A DNA stretch of 63,902 bases, counting the filler, from Basidiobolus ranarum (Eukaryota), in assembly GCA_040143965.1 (NCBI GenBank). It is 48 parts of 48 records of this genome, joined end to end, with 100 filler letters (N's around TTAATTAATTAA, not from the genome) between each part and the next. Parts side by side here need not be neighbours in the genome. Positions count along the whole stretch, not along the records: positions 1 to 1,239 come from JASJQH010005871.1; positions 1,340 to 2,577 come from JASJQH010005872.1; positions 2,678 to 3,915 come from JASJQH010005873.1; positions 4,016 to 5,253 come from JASJQH010005874.1; positions 5,354 to 6,591 come from JASJQH010005875.1; positions 6,692 to 7,928 come from JASJQH010005876.1; positions 8,029 to 9,265 come from JASJQH010005877.1; positions 9,366 to 10,602 come from JASJQH010005878.1; 40 more parts are not named here. One strand, given 5' to 3'. Positions 1 through 10,702 of this stretch are shown here, piece by piece. Within the stretch, counting starts at the first letter, position 1, and every line of letters starts with the position of its first letter. The notes under the pieces are model-generated. The model was given only the letters and a program-made list of their open reading frames with translations, searched no databases and was not told the DNA's origin. A program made the translations under genes and the position numbers.

Positions 1-290
1 TACTTAGTCAAATATCACTTAGCTGAAAATTGGAACATATATTATATATATATGTGAATAATGTGAGAATTAGCAATACCATAATGGAAATTTCAAACTT
101 GTCCAAATTGCCCCAAAGATAACTCATTTTACTCCCACAGATGTTCTGAACACAACCCCAGTGTTAGAGTTCTGTATTTCCACCAAAAAGTATAAATGCT
201 TTATTTCTGGACAATAAATAATTATCTCACAAAGCTATTCACAACTCCACTTTTCTAAAGTTCCTCCAAACAGCCCATATTTTCCCAATA
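1..290 (+). repeat. LTR family A, 3' portion, inserted in a CMC transposase copy
   Basis: Near-identical sequence at 2406-2577, 6692-7036, 22729-22838, 27908-27968(-) and 41189-41296. Family starts TGTTGAAG and ends CAATA. Confidence 0.85.
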
Positions 291-1239
291 GAGTAGACTC
301 CATTGATTTGACAAGATCTATGGCATGATAGTGGATTGTGCCTGCAAAAACCTCCAAGTTTACTGATAGCATCAGTGTCACCAATACATGATGATATTAG
401 CTTTAATATAATATTCACCTGCTTGTACCCCATTAGATGACTGTTCAAGTTCTGCAATTAAAGGTACCAAGAATCTATCTTTAAGCACTGGTGATTTAGG
501 CTCAGATGTAACGGATAGTATCAAAAAATTATGACTCTTATACCATTCAGAAGCAGGTATATTTAAGTGAATTAAATTTATTGGCCAGCAAGCCTTTCCA
601 AAGGTACATTTGTCTGGCAAGAAACAATCTAGAGCCAATGGAAGGGCATGATAATACATGCTCTCAAAGAAACCTTGACTTTTCAGACTCTGCTAGTGAT
701 ATCCATCAAGTATGTTAGAAATACCATCAGTTTTATGGTGAGTACTTTTGTATTAGATCAATGATCTATATTTGGGTGATTTCATCAAAACTCTAAGATG
801 GGGAGTCAATGGTATATAAAGCAATATGAACAATATTTTCCTGATTCATTGAGTGTCAATTGTATGCAAACAGTCCATGGCTTCAGATTTTTAGATCACC
901 TGTGAAAGCCAAACAACCATTTGGACATGAAGGTAGTTTAATAACTGAAGCATTATAGTCTTACAATTAACAGGTGTTTTCCACTTGTACCAGGTCTGTG
1001 GCAAGCAACAGTTGCCAATCAATTCTGGCAAAAGCGTAAGAAAACCAATAAATACCTGGTAGCTAAGATTGAATTGAACTCTCCACTCCTCAATAATCAA
1101 AGCTGCTTCCTTTGCAGTAAGTGCTATGAGAGGACTAATGTTTGCCAATACCATTGAGTCCATAACAAAGCCGTTGTCTTCTTCTTCAACTCCTGATATA
1201 CTACCATTGGTACTGGAATAATCAAGGTCAACATCTAAC
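291..1239 (-). mobile_element. CMC/EnSpm (tnp2-type) transposase fragment, decayed
   Basis: Motifs LALDCF, CWPINLIHLNIP and GDTDAISKLGGFCRHN..CHRSC; frameshifts and stops. Confidence 0.9.
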
Positions 1240-1339
1240 NNNNNNNNNNNNNNNNNNNNNNNNNNNNNNNNNNNNNNNNNNNNTTAATTAATTAANNNNN
1301 NNNNNNNNNNNNNNNNNNNNNNNNNNNNNNNNNNNNNNN
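1240..1339. other. Artificial contig spacer (first of 47): N44-TTAATTAATTAA-N44
   Basis: The same 100-bp unit with six-frame stops recurs every ~1335 bp. Flanking contigs are unrelated and shrink from 1239 to 1227 bp. Confidence 0.98.
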
Positions 1340-1959
1340 GAGCTGGTCAAGTTCTTTCTAGTCACACAGTAGCCTGTAACTGCCTCTAGTAGTCTCTCTT
1401 GAGCTTCCTCTTTAAAGGTCTCATAAGGGGTGATCACAAGTAGTAATTGTTAGTTGAAAACCAAGATGATTTTTAGTTGAAAAGATATGGCTCATATTTC
1501 TACTTTTCTGGTGGTAGATACGATTACTAATGAAAATTTCTGGAAAGTAACAGAGTATTCTATTGGTGCGGATCTGGGGTTATGAGATCATCATAAATCA
1601 TAAGATTAGTAAACCATGCAATGTTCTGGAAGATTGTAGAATAATTCATAAAGTCATGGAATGTTCCGGCAAAATCAAGTTTTGATTGGTCAAAACTTGA
1701 TCAATCATCAAATATTCCAAGAATCTTATGGAATGTTTGAGAAGATTGTAGAATTTTCCAGAAAATAATAGGGCTAATGTGGGGTAATACTGATAAATCT
1801 GAAATAATAGGGGATAATATTAATAGTGAGATATGATTGCTAGAAAATATAGGAAAGTCAAATAAGGATAATAAAATAGAAATTGTGCAATAGTAATGAT
1901 ATGAGCATGGAGTGGAGATAAGTCAACCTGCCAGTGGGTAGCAATGCTGCCCCACTACA
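1340..1959 (-). repeat. LTR family E (long, probably Gypsy), inserted in a CMC transposase 3' region
   Basis: Aligns to ~51080-51715. Both copies stop at ...CTACA (TGTAG on the minus strand) with different flanks. Internal GAAGATTGTAGAAT sub-repeats. Confidence 0.7.
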
Positions 1960-2405
1960 ATGCTGATTCTTGTAAACAATGGTAGAAAATGTCAGCTATT
2001 TACAAAGCATTAGTGCTATTCCAAATTTAGATGTTCAGCAATTGTTCCACCATTAATTTACTGGCAAAGCATATTGCTATTGTTGGGTTATATGTGATTA
2101 GTCAGGTATGTGCATATATAAAGACTAAACACAACAAGATTCTTGTATTTTCTGATTCTCATTATGGCTGGAACATGAAGCCTGAATTATGTTATACTAG
2201 GCATGTATTTTAGTTTGAGTCCCTGTAGCAGTAAAACTGGTATTTGGCCAGTTGTAAATTGGTTTTTCCAAAATATTGTTAGAAAATTGAATAACACATG
2301 ACACATATGAAGAAACAATATTTCAACATTTGTGATTACTATTGCAATACTGTTAAGAAGTTGCTATCATACCATCAAAATATCTGGCAGAATACAAGAC
2401 ATCAA
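1960..2405 (+). mobile_element. CMC transposase C-terminus and right subterminal region, diverged subfamily
   Basis: Homologous to 15470-15840 and 48300-48740(-); peptide HNKILVFSDSHYGWN. Confidence 0.8.
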
Positions 2406-2577
2406 TGTTGAAGTTTATTGTCTTTATCATATTTGTTATCTCTATCTTTATATACCTAACTATTTAATATATCACATATAAGTTAGTTAACATTACTTAG
2501 TCAAATATCACTTAGCTGAAAATTGGAACATATATTATATATATATGTGAATAATGTGAGAATTAGCAATTCCATAT
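2406..2577 (+). repeat. LTR family A, 5' end
   Basis: Starts TGTTGAAGTTTATTG exactly as at 41189 and overlaps the sequence at 1-85. Confidence 0.85.
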
Positions 2578-2677
2578 NNNNNNNNNNNNNNNNNNNNNNN
2601 NNNNNNNNNNNNNNNNNNNNNTTAATTAATTAANNNNNNNNNNNNNNNNNNNNNNNNNNNNNNNNNNNNNNNNNNNN

Positions 2678-3915
2678 TTGATTCCCCATCTTAATATTTT
2701 GATGAAATCACCCAAATATAGATCATTGATCCAATACCAAAGTACTCACTGTATAGCTGATGGTATTACTAAGATACTTGATGGATATCACTACCAGAAT
2801 CTGAAAAGTCAAGGTTTCTTTGAGAACATGTATGATCATGCATTTACATTGGCTCTAGATGGTTTCTCACTAAAAAAATATACCATTGGAAAGGCTTGCT
2901 GGCCAATAATTTTAATCAACTTAAATCTTCCTCCTGCTGAATGGTATAACAGTTATAATATCTTGATGCTATCCTTCCTATCTGCACCTAAATCACCTGT
3001 GCTTATAGATAGCTTTTTGGAGCCTTTGATTGTGGAATTTGAATGGTTATCAAATGGGGTTCAGATGGGTGAATATTTTATTAATGCTAATATTATTGTA
3101 TGTATTTGTGACACTCCTGCCATCAGTAAACTTGGAGGTTTTCATGGGCACAATGCATTATCTTGCTGTTGATTTTGTCAAATCGATGGAGTTGACTCTA
3201 ACAGGCATATGCATTACTACTATCCAAATACAACACTAAACTACATGATTTTACTGTCAAGAGCCTGGTCAGATTTTAACATGATCACTGATATCAATTC
3301 ACCAAATAGTTAGTCTAATATCAAACTTGACATTAGCCATAAACCTAAGATTATGTTGCAAAATGGGATCAACTGGAGTCAGAACTTCCCATTAGGCACT
3401 ATGCACTTACTATTGAGCAACGTTAAGATACTACTTACTCAGCTATATAGTGGAAAATTCAATATGAATGAGCCATTCAAAACAGGATCAAGGTTTGAAT
3501 CAATTGGGAAAATGCTTACAAATATCTAGATACCATCATATTTTACCAGGACTCCCATCAATGTCCGCTCATCTAGGCATTTATTTGAATGCAAAGATTA
3601 GAAATATTGGATTTGTATTTATTAAAAGTGAAATTTGGAAAAGATTTCTGCCTGATGAGTATTGGCAACATTGGGATTGGTTTGTGGATATTATTCATAT
3701 ATTCTTATGGCATCAACTCACATTGGCAGATCTAAGACAGATACAGCTACTGTGCAAAGATTTTGTAATTGGATATGAAAAACTTTATTACAGGTTTAAA
3801 GAAGATATACTGAATCTATGCCAGTATTGAATACATTCCCTGCTGCATCTTTCACAATGCTTAGAGATTATAGGCCCTTGCAATACATTCTGGGAGTTCC
3901 CAATGGAGTGCACCT
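2678..3915 (+). mobile_element. CMC/EnSpm transposase catalytic core, decayed
   Basis: ALDGF (D1), NLPP, DTPAISKLGGFHGHNALSCC (D2), PLGTMH and WEFPME (E) in the order expected for tnp2-family transposases. Confidence 0.92.
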
Positions 3916-4449
3916 NNNNNNNNNNNNNNNNNNNNNNNNNNNNNNNNNNNNNNNNNNNNTTAATTAATTAANNNNNNNNNNNNNNNNNNNNNNNNNNNNN
4001 NNNNNNNNNNNNNNNAGATATTATAGTTTGAGGGAGCTTATGTAGGCAGAAGATGTTTTGAGTTACCAATTCTGCTGTTTGTTTTGCATTAATTGACTTG
4101 TTGCAGGGCACAAAGAGGGCCATCTTTGTTAGATGGTCAACAATTACCAGAATTGAATCAAATTGGCAGACAAGGGTAGATCAGTTATGAAATCCAGGGA
4201 TATGGATTTCCACTGCTGATGAGGATTGGGAAGTGGCTGTAGGAGGCCATATGGCAGAAATCTTGGAGTCTTTACTCCAGCACAAGTATCACATGTGGAA
4301 ATATAAGTCTTGACAAATGCAAACATTTTGGGCCACCAATAATCCCTGGATGCCAACATATATGATTTGGCAATACTAAAGTGTCCTGCTAGTGGTGAGT
4401 CATGTCTTTCCTGCATGATTTTGAGTCTGGAAGTGTGGACTGGAATATA

Positions 4450-4731
4450 TATTGAAATTATTTAGGGATAAAAATTGGTCTGGCCAGGGTTTGAACCTGG
4501 GGCCTCCTTCACTCTAGCAAGGTGCTCTAACCACTGAGCTACCAGTCCTTGTATGCTATGCCTATGTTGCTAGGGAACCTTAACCTAGTCTGTCAATGTA
4601 TAGTACTTTGGCATTTCAGCTATTCAAGCAACTGATTGGTCTTAGACTTTGTGTTGAGATGCAGTCACTATACTCCATATTTTACTCTTTAGAAATTACT
4701 GCTTGTACCACAAGTCACCAGACTTTCAACA
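4450..4731. mobile_element. 282-bp solo LTR carrying a tRNA-like sequence (Helenus-type TRIM LTR candidate)
   Basis: Termini TATTGAAA...TTTCAACA; flanking 5-mers ATATA (4445-4449) and ATGTA (4732-4736). The empty site TGGA-ATGTA-AGGG is present in the paralog at 59431-59443. Confidence 0.85.
4476..4548 (-). tRNA. tRNA-like gene or pseudogene (73 nt, AGA at the anticodon position, short variable loop) inside the solo LTR
   Basis: GGACTGG TA GCTC AGTGGTTA GAGC A CCTTG CTAGAGT GAAGG AGGCC CCAGG TTCAAAC CCTGG CCAGACC A folds as a cloverleaf with one mismatch in each of the acceptor and anticodon stems. A and B boxes are present, followed by ATTTTT. Confidence 0.85.
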
Positions 4732-5353
4732 ATGTAAAGGTGCTTCTTATAAAACAAGAGAACTTTGATGATAGAGAAATGGCTGTATAGGTTCAAGCTT
4801 GAGAGGTCTTTTGGTGTTTCCTGGGCCTTCTTAATTGATATTACCAATGGGTCTTCAGATTGGAGTTTGTGAATGTCTTCATGTAATGTGCTAGAACTAA
4901 GCAGAGAAAGGGCAGTTGCACTGATTTGAAGTTGGTGAGGCTTTGGTATGGAAGTATTTTGTTGGCCAAAGGCCTCATCCCCTGCTTTAGACTGATATTC
5001 TGTTCTAGGTGATAAGGCACCAGGCTTTTCATGCTGGCTACCTGGTCAATATATAATCACAAAATCAAAGCTGTCAAGAAATAATGACCATCTTGCTTGA
5101 CAATGGTTGAGAACTTTGATGCTAAAGATTCTTGTGATCACAATAAACTGTGATTTTATGATTTGCTCCATTCAAGTATTGTTGCCATTGTTCAAACCCA
5201 GCAATAATTGCTAATAGTTCCTTGTCATAGATGGCATAGTTGATTTATGCGTCNNNNNNNNNNNNNNNNNNNNNNNNNNNNNNNNNNNNNNNNNNNNTTA
5301 ATTAATTAANNNNNNNNNNNNNNNNNNNNNNNNNNNNNNNNNNNNNNNNNNNN

Positions 5354-6591
5354 ATTTACTTACCATCATAAATCATCAAGTTAGATTTAATTTTAATCAA
5401 TTTTTTCAGTTTCAGGAGTGAAATTTCAAGATCTTGCAAAATAGTTTCACATGATTAGCCACAATCTCAGCAAAGTATGGATCAATGCATGTGCAAAACA
5501 CACAACTCAAATTTTACATATATACCATTTGAATGCTAACTTGTCATCTTCAAAATTCCTAGTTTCTTTGATATGTTCTCCTGAATATTTTTATATTGTT
5601 CTTCATACCCAAGGTTTACCTCATATCCAACATGAGTTTGTATCAATATCTCCATTAAAGCCCACCATTGTATTAATGTTGCTGAATCAACATTCTTCCA
5701 GCTATCTGGTGGATACCCTGTGATATTGTGCCACTCTGTCTTATATTCTTCCCTGATTTCTGCATGGTCAACACCAGACTGAATGTTAAGTTGAATGTTC
5801 TTCTTCTGAAGCCACTTTCTGCATACTTGCACTGCATTTTCCCTTCATACTTTTGAAAATACTCCTCAAGTACTTTTACTATTTTCATATGTCCTTGTAG
5901 TGTGACACTACTGAGGGTGCTTTGCAGTGTTTGTGTGGCTTTTTGCTTGCCTTTAACTTTGGGGCTAATTTCAGCTCTTTGAAAAGTACCGGTTGAGGTT
6001 GGAGAGCAGTGATTTTATTTGCTAGTATTTTGGCTTGTTCAGAGGTGCAAGGTGTTGGATCAACTTCTGAATGTAGCACTCTTCAAACTAGTGTACCAGG
6101 TTCATGATGAAATTGAGCTTTTTTTCCAGTATATTTTACTCTGGAAATGCAGATCTTTGCAATCATGTGAAGAATTTGGTAAGTGGGACAGTAGGGCCTA
6201 AGCTAGCTAGCTTCTTTACTTTTCCCTTGGGTTTACTAATTTCCTGCTCCTTGAGTACTTCTTTAGCTGCTTTTCTTTTTTTTTCCAAATTGGTAATTGC
6301 ATACATTTTTGAGATGATTCATAAATAGGCCTATACTAGCCCAATTGCCATTTGCTTGCAAAGACTCAGGATAAGCAACATGAAATAAGTCAAGAACCTT
6401 CAGAGTACTGCCTGGTTTTTGGTTATTCAACAATTGGCCCAAATCCAGGTGATTTTGGGCAAGATTCCACATGGTTTCCAAAATGTTAAACCACTCATCA
6501 TCAGAGCAAGTGACAGCAGCTCTGACATTCAGAGTCTTTTGATTTGCCGGTTTTCCTATGCAATATCTACTTTCATGTGCCCAAGCAATTT
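5354..6591 (-). mobile_element. CMC element ORF2 (unknown protein), C-terminal half and left subterminal region
   Basis: Repeated in many contigs (QANGNWASIGLF, GYPPDSWKNVDSATLI). Its sequence leads into the CCCTAACAG terminus seen at 11442 and 43451. Confidence 0.85.
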
Positions 6592-6691
6592 NNNNNNNNN
6601 NNNNNNNNNNNNNNNNNNNNNNNNNNNNNNNNNNNTTAATTAATTAANNNNNNNNNNNNNNNNNNNNNNNNNNNNNNNNNNNNNNNNNNNN

Positions 6692-7036
6692 CTCTATCTT
6701 TATACACCTAACTATCTCATATATCACATATAAGTTAGTTAACATTACTTAGTCAAATATCACTTAGCTGAAAATTGGAACATATTTCATATATGTATGT
6801 GAATAATGTGAGAATTAGCAATTCCATATTGGAAATTTCAAACTCATCCAAATTGCCTCAAAGATAGCTCATTTTACTCCCACAGATGTTCTGAGCACAA
6901 CCCCAGTGTTAGGTTTCCGCATTTCCACCAAAAAGTATAAATGCTTTATTTCTGGACAATAAACAATTATCTCACAGAGCTATTCACAACTCCACTCTTC
7001 TAAAGGTTTCTCCAAACAGCCCATATTTTCCCAATA
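6692..7036 (+). repeat. LTR family A
   Basis: Aligns with 1-290; ends CCCAATA. Confidence 0.85.
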
Positions 7037-7095
7037 GTTTGCTCCTGTAGCAAAGTATAATTCCATCAGAATTGTACTTCCAGTGGCAGCAAAAC

Positions 7096-7413
7096 TGTTG
7101 GAGGATCTTGACATAATGGGGATAGACTTTGAGTATTAGAAGCAACTTATGATCATGCATTTTTAGCTACTTTATTCTTAAGAGTATATGGTGACTTTTA
7201 TAGTAGAAAAGTAAATCAGTTGTTTGAGATATTCAGGAGTTTGTGTAATAAGATATAATAGATAAGTGGGGGTAATAAGACATACTTGTTATATAGATAT
7301 AGAGATATTCCTATTTAGAAGACAGGAGCTATAGATATGTTGCATTCTGTTTCTGATATATGTATCAAAACTAAAGTTAACTATGATGTTAAATAAAGAT
7401 TAGTTATCTAACA
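7096..7413 (-). repeat. Copia 3' LTR (family D) with PPT at 7414-7422
   Basis: On the minus strand the PPT AAGGGAAGG is followed by TGTTAG...CCAACA. Second copy at 50504-50612. Confidence 0.85.
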
Positions 7414-7422
7414 CCTTCCCTT

Positions 7423-7928
7423 AATTCTTATTCAGCATTGTGCTTATATTCACTAATGCCTATTCCTGCTCTGAACCTCTCAAAGCTTGAAGTTTTGAGT
7501 GGTTTTGTCAGTATATCTGCAAGCATGTTTTCAGTATTACAATAAATAAAGTTCACTTCTTTGTCTTGAACTTTCTTCTTGTATATAATGATGTCTTATG
7601 TCAACATGTTTCATCCTTGAGTGATGCTCAGGATTCTTGGTGATCTGAATACCCCTGATATTATCTTGATATGTTGTGGTAGGATTAACTTTATCATATC
7701 CTAGTTCCTTGAGAAGACTCCTTACCATATAGCTTCTTGAACAGCCATAGAGCTTGCCTCCTACTCTGCTTCTATAGTTGTTGACATGACAATATGTTGT
7801 TTCTTGCTACTCCAGCTTATTGGCCCACCTGCTAGCTTAAACACATATCCAGTTCTGGATTTATGGTCTTCTGTATTATTAGCCCAGTCTGCATCAGCAT
7901 ATCCTTTGAAATAAGTGACATGTTGTAC
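7423..7928 (-). mobile_element. Ty1/Copia RNase H fragment
   Basis: GYADADWAN, KNPEHHSRMKHVDIRHH and MLADILTKPL motifs. Confidence 0.92.
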
Positions 7929-8028
7929 NNNNNNNNNNNNNNNNNNNNNNNNNNNNNNNNNNNNNNNNNNNNTTAATTAATTAANNNNNNNNNNNNNNNN
8001 NNNNNNNNNNNNNNNNNNNNNNNNNNNN

Positions 8029-8325
8029 CCTAGCTATCTCATATTACACTAAGATATTACCCATTATTCTCAATTGGAATTTACTTAGAATACTTTTACC
8101 AACTTAGAAGTTCACAGATATATAGATTTTTCAAACTTGTGCTAAAAGCCCCAAACTTTGCACACATGTTCCTGGGACGTTTTTTAGCACGTTTTGCGCG
8201 TTAGTTTGCTTACATCTTGACAAAACTTTAAATGTCAACTTCATACTCAATAAATCAATAAGTGAAAACCACCAATTTCTCTGATTCTCCAAACCACTTC
8301 CAACAGGCTCCCAAATACTTTAACA
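8029..8325 (+). repeat. Copia LTR family B, 3' part
   Basis: Matches 9388-9539, 42499-42627(-) and 63386-63729(-); ends TTTAACA. Confidence 0.8.
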
Positions 8326-9094
8326 ATATACAAATATTTGCATCCTCCCTTTCACCAATCTAGTACATTTAATGCAAACTAGCCATCATAATTACTTCAT
8401 TGAGTAGATCAATTTTTGATGCATATATACTTGCTGCTATGTGGAAGACAAAACATAACCCCTTCAGGATTTATTTCTGATCTAGACATGGTTTTTCACT
8501 AACATTGTACAAATTATGAAAGTTTTGGGGGAAATATTGCTTCAAAAGTTGCTGCATTGATGCCTTCAGGATTGGTGGAATCACTTTCATAACATAAAGA
8601 ACTGTTCAAGGAAAAAATTAAGGATTCAGTAAAATGTTTCTCTTCACTTACTTAAAGATAGGTATATGTGCTCTTGGTCTCATTTGAATGATTCTTTGAA
8701 ACTATCTTACTTAAGATTACTATACATGAACTTCACTTGATACACATTTACTATGTTTACCATCTCAGCAAAGATGGAGCACCTCAGTCAGTCAAATAGA
8801 GCTTTAATATTGGTCCATAAGGTTAATTACGCCGTCAATGATAATAATGATAGAATATATTGCCCAAGTATATAGCAGTTAGACTTGGCTATATAATTGA
8901 GTACTTGATCTTCATCATGTAATATTTTACTTAAATACGTGATCCATGCCGGTTACATTTGTCATTAAAAATCACTCAAATTCATGTTACAACTAAGCCT
9001 CAACATAAGAAATGATTTTGGTCTTTATTATTTATCATTCCAAAACAATATTTCCATGGTATTCTTTAAATTCATTAAGCCAATAAGAGTTACT

Positions 9095-9265
9095 TTATTG
9101 GTTGGAGTTGAAAACCAAAAGATTGGGAGTGGTACCCTTCAATCCAGTGATTAAATCCTTGGTAGCCTTAGAAACAAGTGCGGAGTATACCTCGGCTGGA
9201 GTGTTCAATCCTCCTTGGGATAGATACAAAGCGGCAACACCAGCAACATGGGGACTGGCCATACA
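9095..9265 (-). CDS. Subtilisin (S8, proteinase K-like) serine protease, C-terminal fragment
   Basis: MASPHVAGVAALYLS...KATKDLITGLKGTTPNLLVFNSNQ*; not in the ORF track. Confidence 0.92.
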   Translation of the reverse strand, partial: CMASPHVAGVAALYLSQGGLNTPAEVYSALVSKATKDLITGLKGTTPNLLVFNSNQ

Positions 9266-9387
9266 NNNNNNNNNNNNNNNNNNNNNNNNNNNNNNNNNNN
9301 NNNNNNNNNTTAATTAATTAANNNNNNNNNNNNNNNNNNNNNNNNNNNNNNNNNNNNNNNNNNNNTGACTATTTAGTTGAGGGAGAG

Positions 9388-9539
9388 TATTGATATTAGC
9401 ATTGCCTAAACACCTATATAGTCATATATAGCTTAGTATTTAGTTATGTCAACTTTCTACTCAATAAATCAATAAGTGAAAACCTCCAATTTCTCTAATT
9501 CTCCAAACTACTTCCAACACGCTTCCAAATACTTTAACA
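9388..9539 (+). repeat. Copia LTR family B, internally deleted 3' LTR with PPT (GAGGGAGAG, 9379-9387)
   Basis: 152 bp versus 344 bp at 63386-63729; both ends retained. Confidence 0.75.
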
Positions 9540-10702
9540 ATAAGTATAGAAACTTCCAAAATGATTGCACTTAAAACTGATTTAGCAACGTGTTTAACGT
9601 TCATAGCAAATGATACTGCAATCGATCAAGTTACCAACATTTTAGTCTTTCCAACGTGTTTTATCCAAACAAGCAAGCTCACCATGAAATAAGATCTTTA
9701 GAGCAGCTTTTCCCACCACCAAGAATTCATTTCTTTTGAGTTGAACACTTTCTGATTAATACCGATACTGCAATCATTATAATTATAAGAACTTTTACAA
9801 GATCTGACTCCATATACGCATAGGAGAATAAAACGATAATTCCGGTGACTTTAAAGGTACTTCTCGAAAAGATTTGCGAGAGTAGATATATTATGCACCG
9901 CTAATACAAATGGAATAGCAGCCAATAGACAAATACCAAAGATAAAATGTACATTGGAATAATTCTAGTTGGCGACTCCCCATCCCTGTTATCTCTAACC
10001 ACCTCAAAGAGGCAGTAGGACTAGTTCCAAAGAAACTGCTCATTGCTTCAATTAAGGGCAATATCAATGAACAAAATAAAATCATAACATTTATTCTTCT
10101 TACTCGCTAGTTATGTTTTTACTGGCTTAATATGAGTATCTCTATACAAAAATGTGGGTTTTCTCTAGGCTCTCGCTTTTTTGTTTGTCACCGACCAAAG
10201 TACAGGTGACTCAGCAATTCGGTTCATCTCTTTGGATTAGTTGCATCACACTATGACCTACTTTACTTTCGACTATAGTAAGACTCATCGTCAGTTGACT
10301 AGAGCGTGAAAGTTTTTAGTATAAAGAGGCAAGAATCATGCATCAATAGATTGGCAATATTTACCCCGCAATCGTCTAAATCATCACTCCTAGAATTCGG
10401 GCAAAGGGGCAATACACATAAGTTTTGGCGGGAAGAGAGAGGATTGAGAGAAATATCGAAAGGGGAGTCAGACAAAGATTGTTAGTGAATTCGCTTGGAG
10501 TATGCAACGGAATTAAGTAGAAATTACATTTCACCCAGTGATATCTGTAATCCTCGCACTCGCTGCTTCAATTGTTGTTTGGTGATCTATAGATGTTGTA
10601 TANNNNNNNNNNNNNNNNNNNNNNNNNNNNNNNNNNNNNNNNNNNNTTAATTAATTAANNNNNNNNNNNNNNNNNNNNNNNNNNNNNNNNNNNNNNNNNN
10701 NN

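Larger units (their letters stand above)
4016..5253 (-). mobile_element. Ty3/Gypsy pol fragment (RNase H end, integrase HHCC and core start), interrupted by a solo LTR
   Basis: [32 protein letters not shown]; paralog at 58800-59712. Confidence 0.92.

Noticed and set aside
2678-3915. Viral, Helitron or prokaryotic defence interpretation of the dominant repeat
   Set aside because: DDE-type tnp2 motifs and short inverted termini explain it; I saw no capsid, Rep/helicase or Cas motifs.
5451-5723. Recurring plus-strand ORF (also 11651, 43707, 57960) suggesting a third CMC gene
   Set aside because: Antisense to the ORF2 C-terminus, with inconsistent starts and stops between copies.
9102-9317. Plus-strand ORF MELKTKRLGVVPF
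   Set aside because: Antisense shadow of the subtilisin C-terminus.
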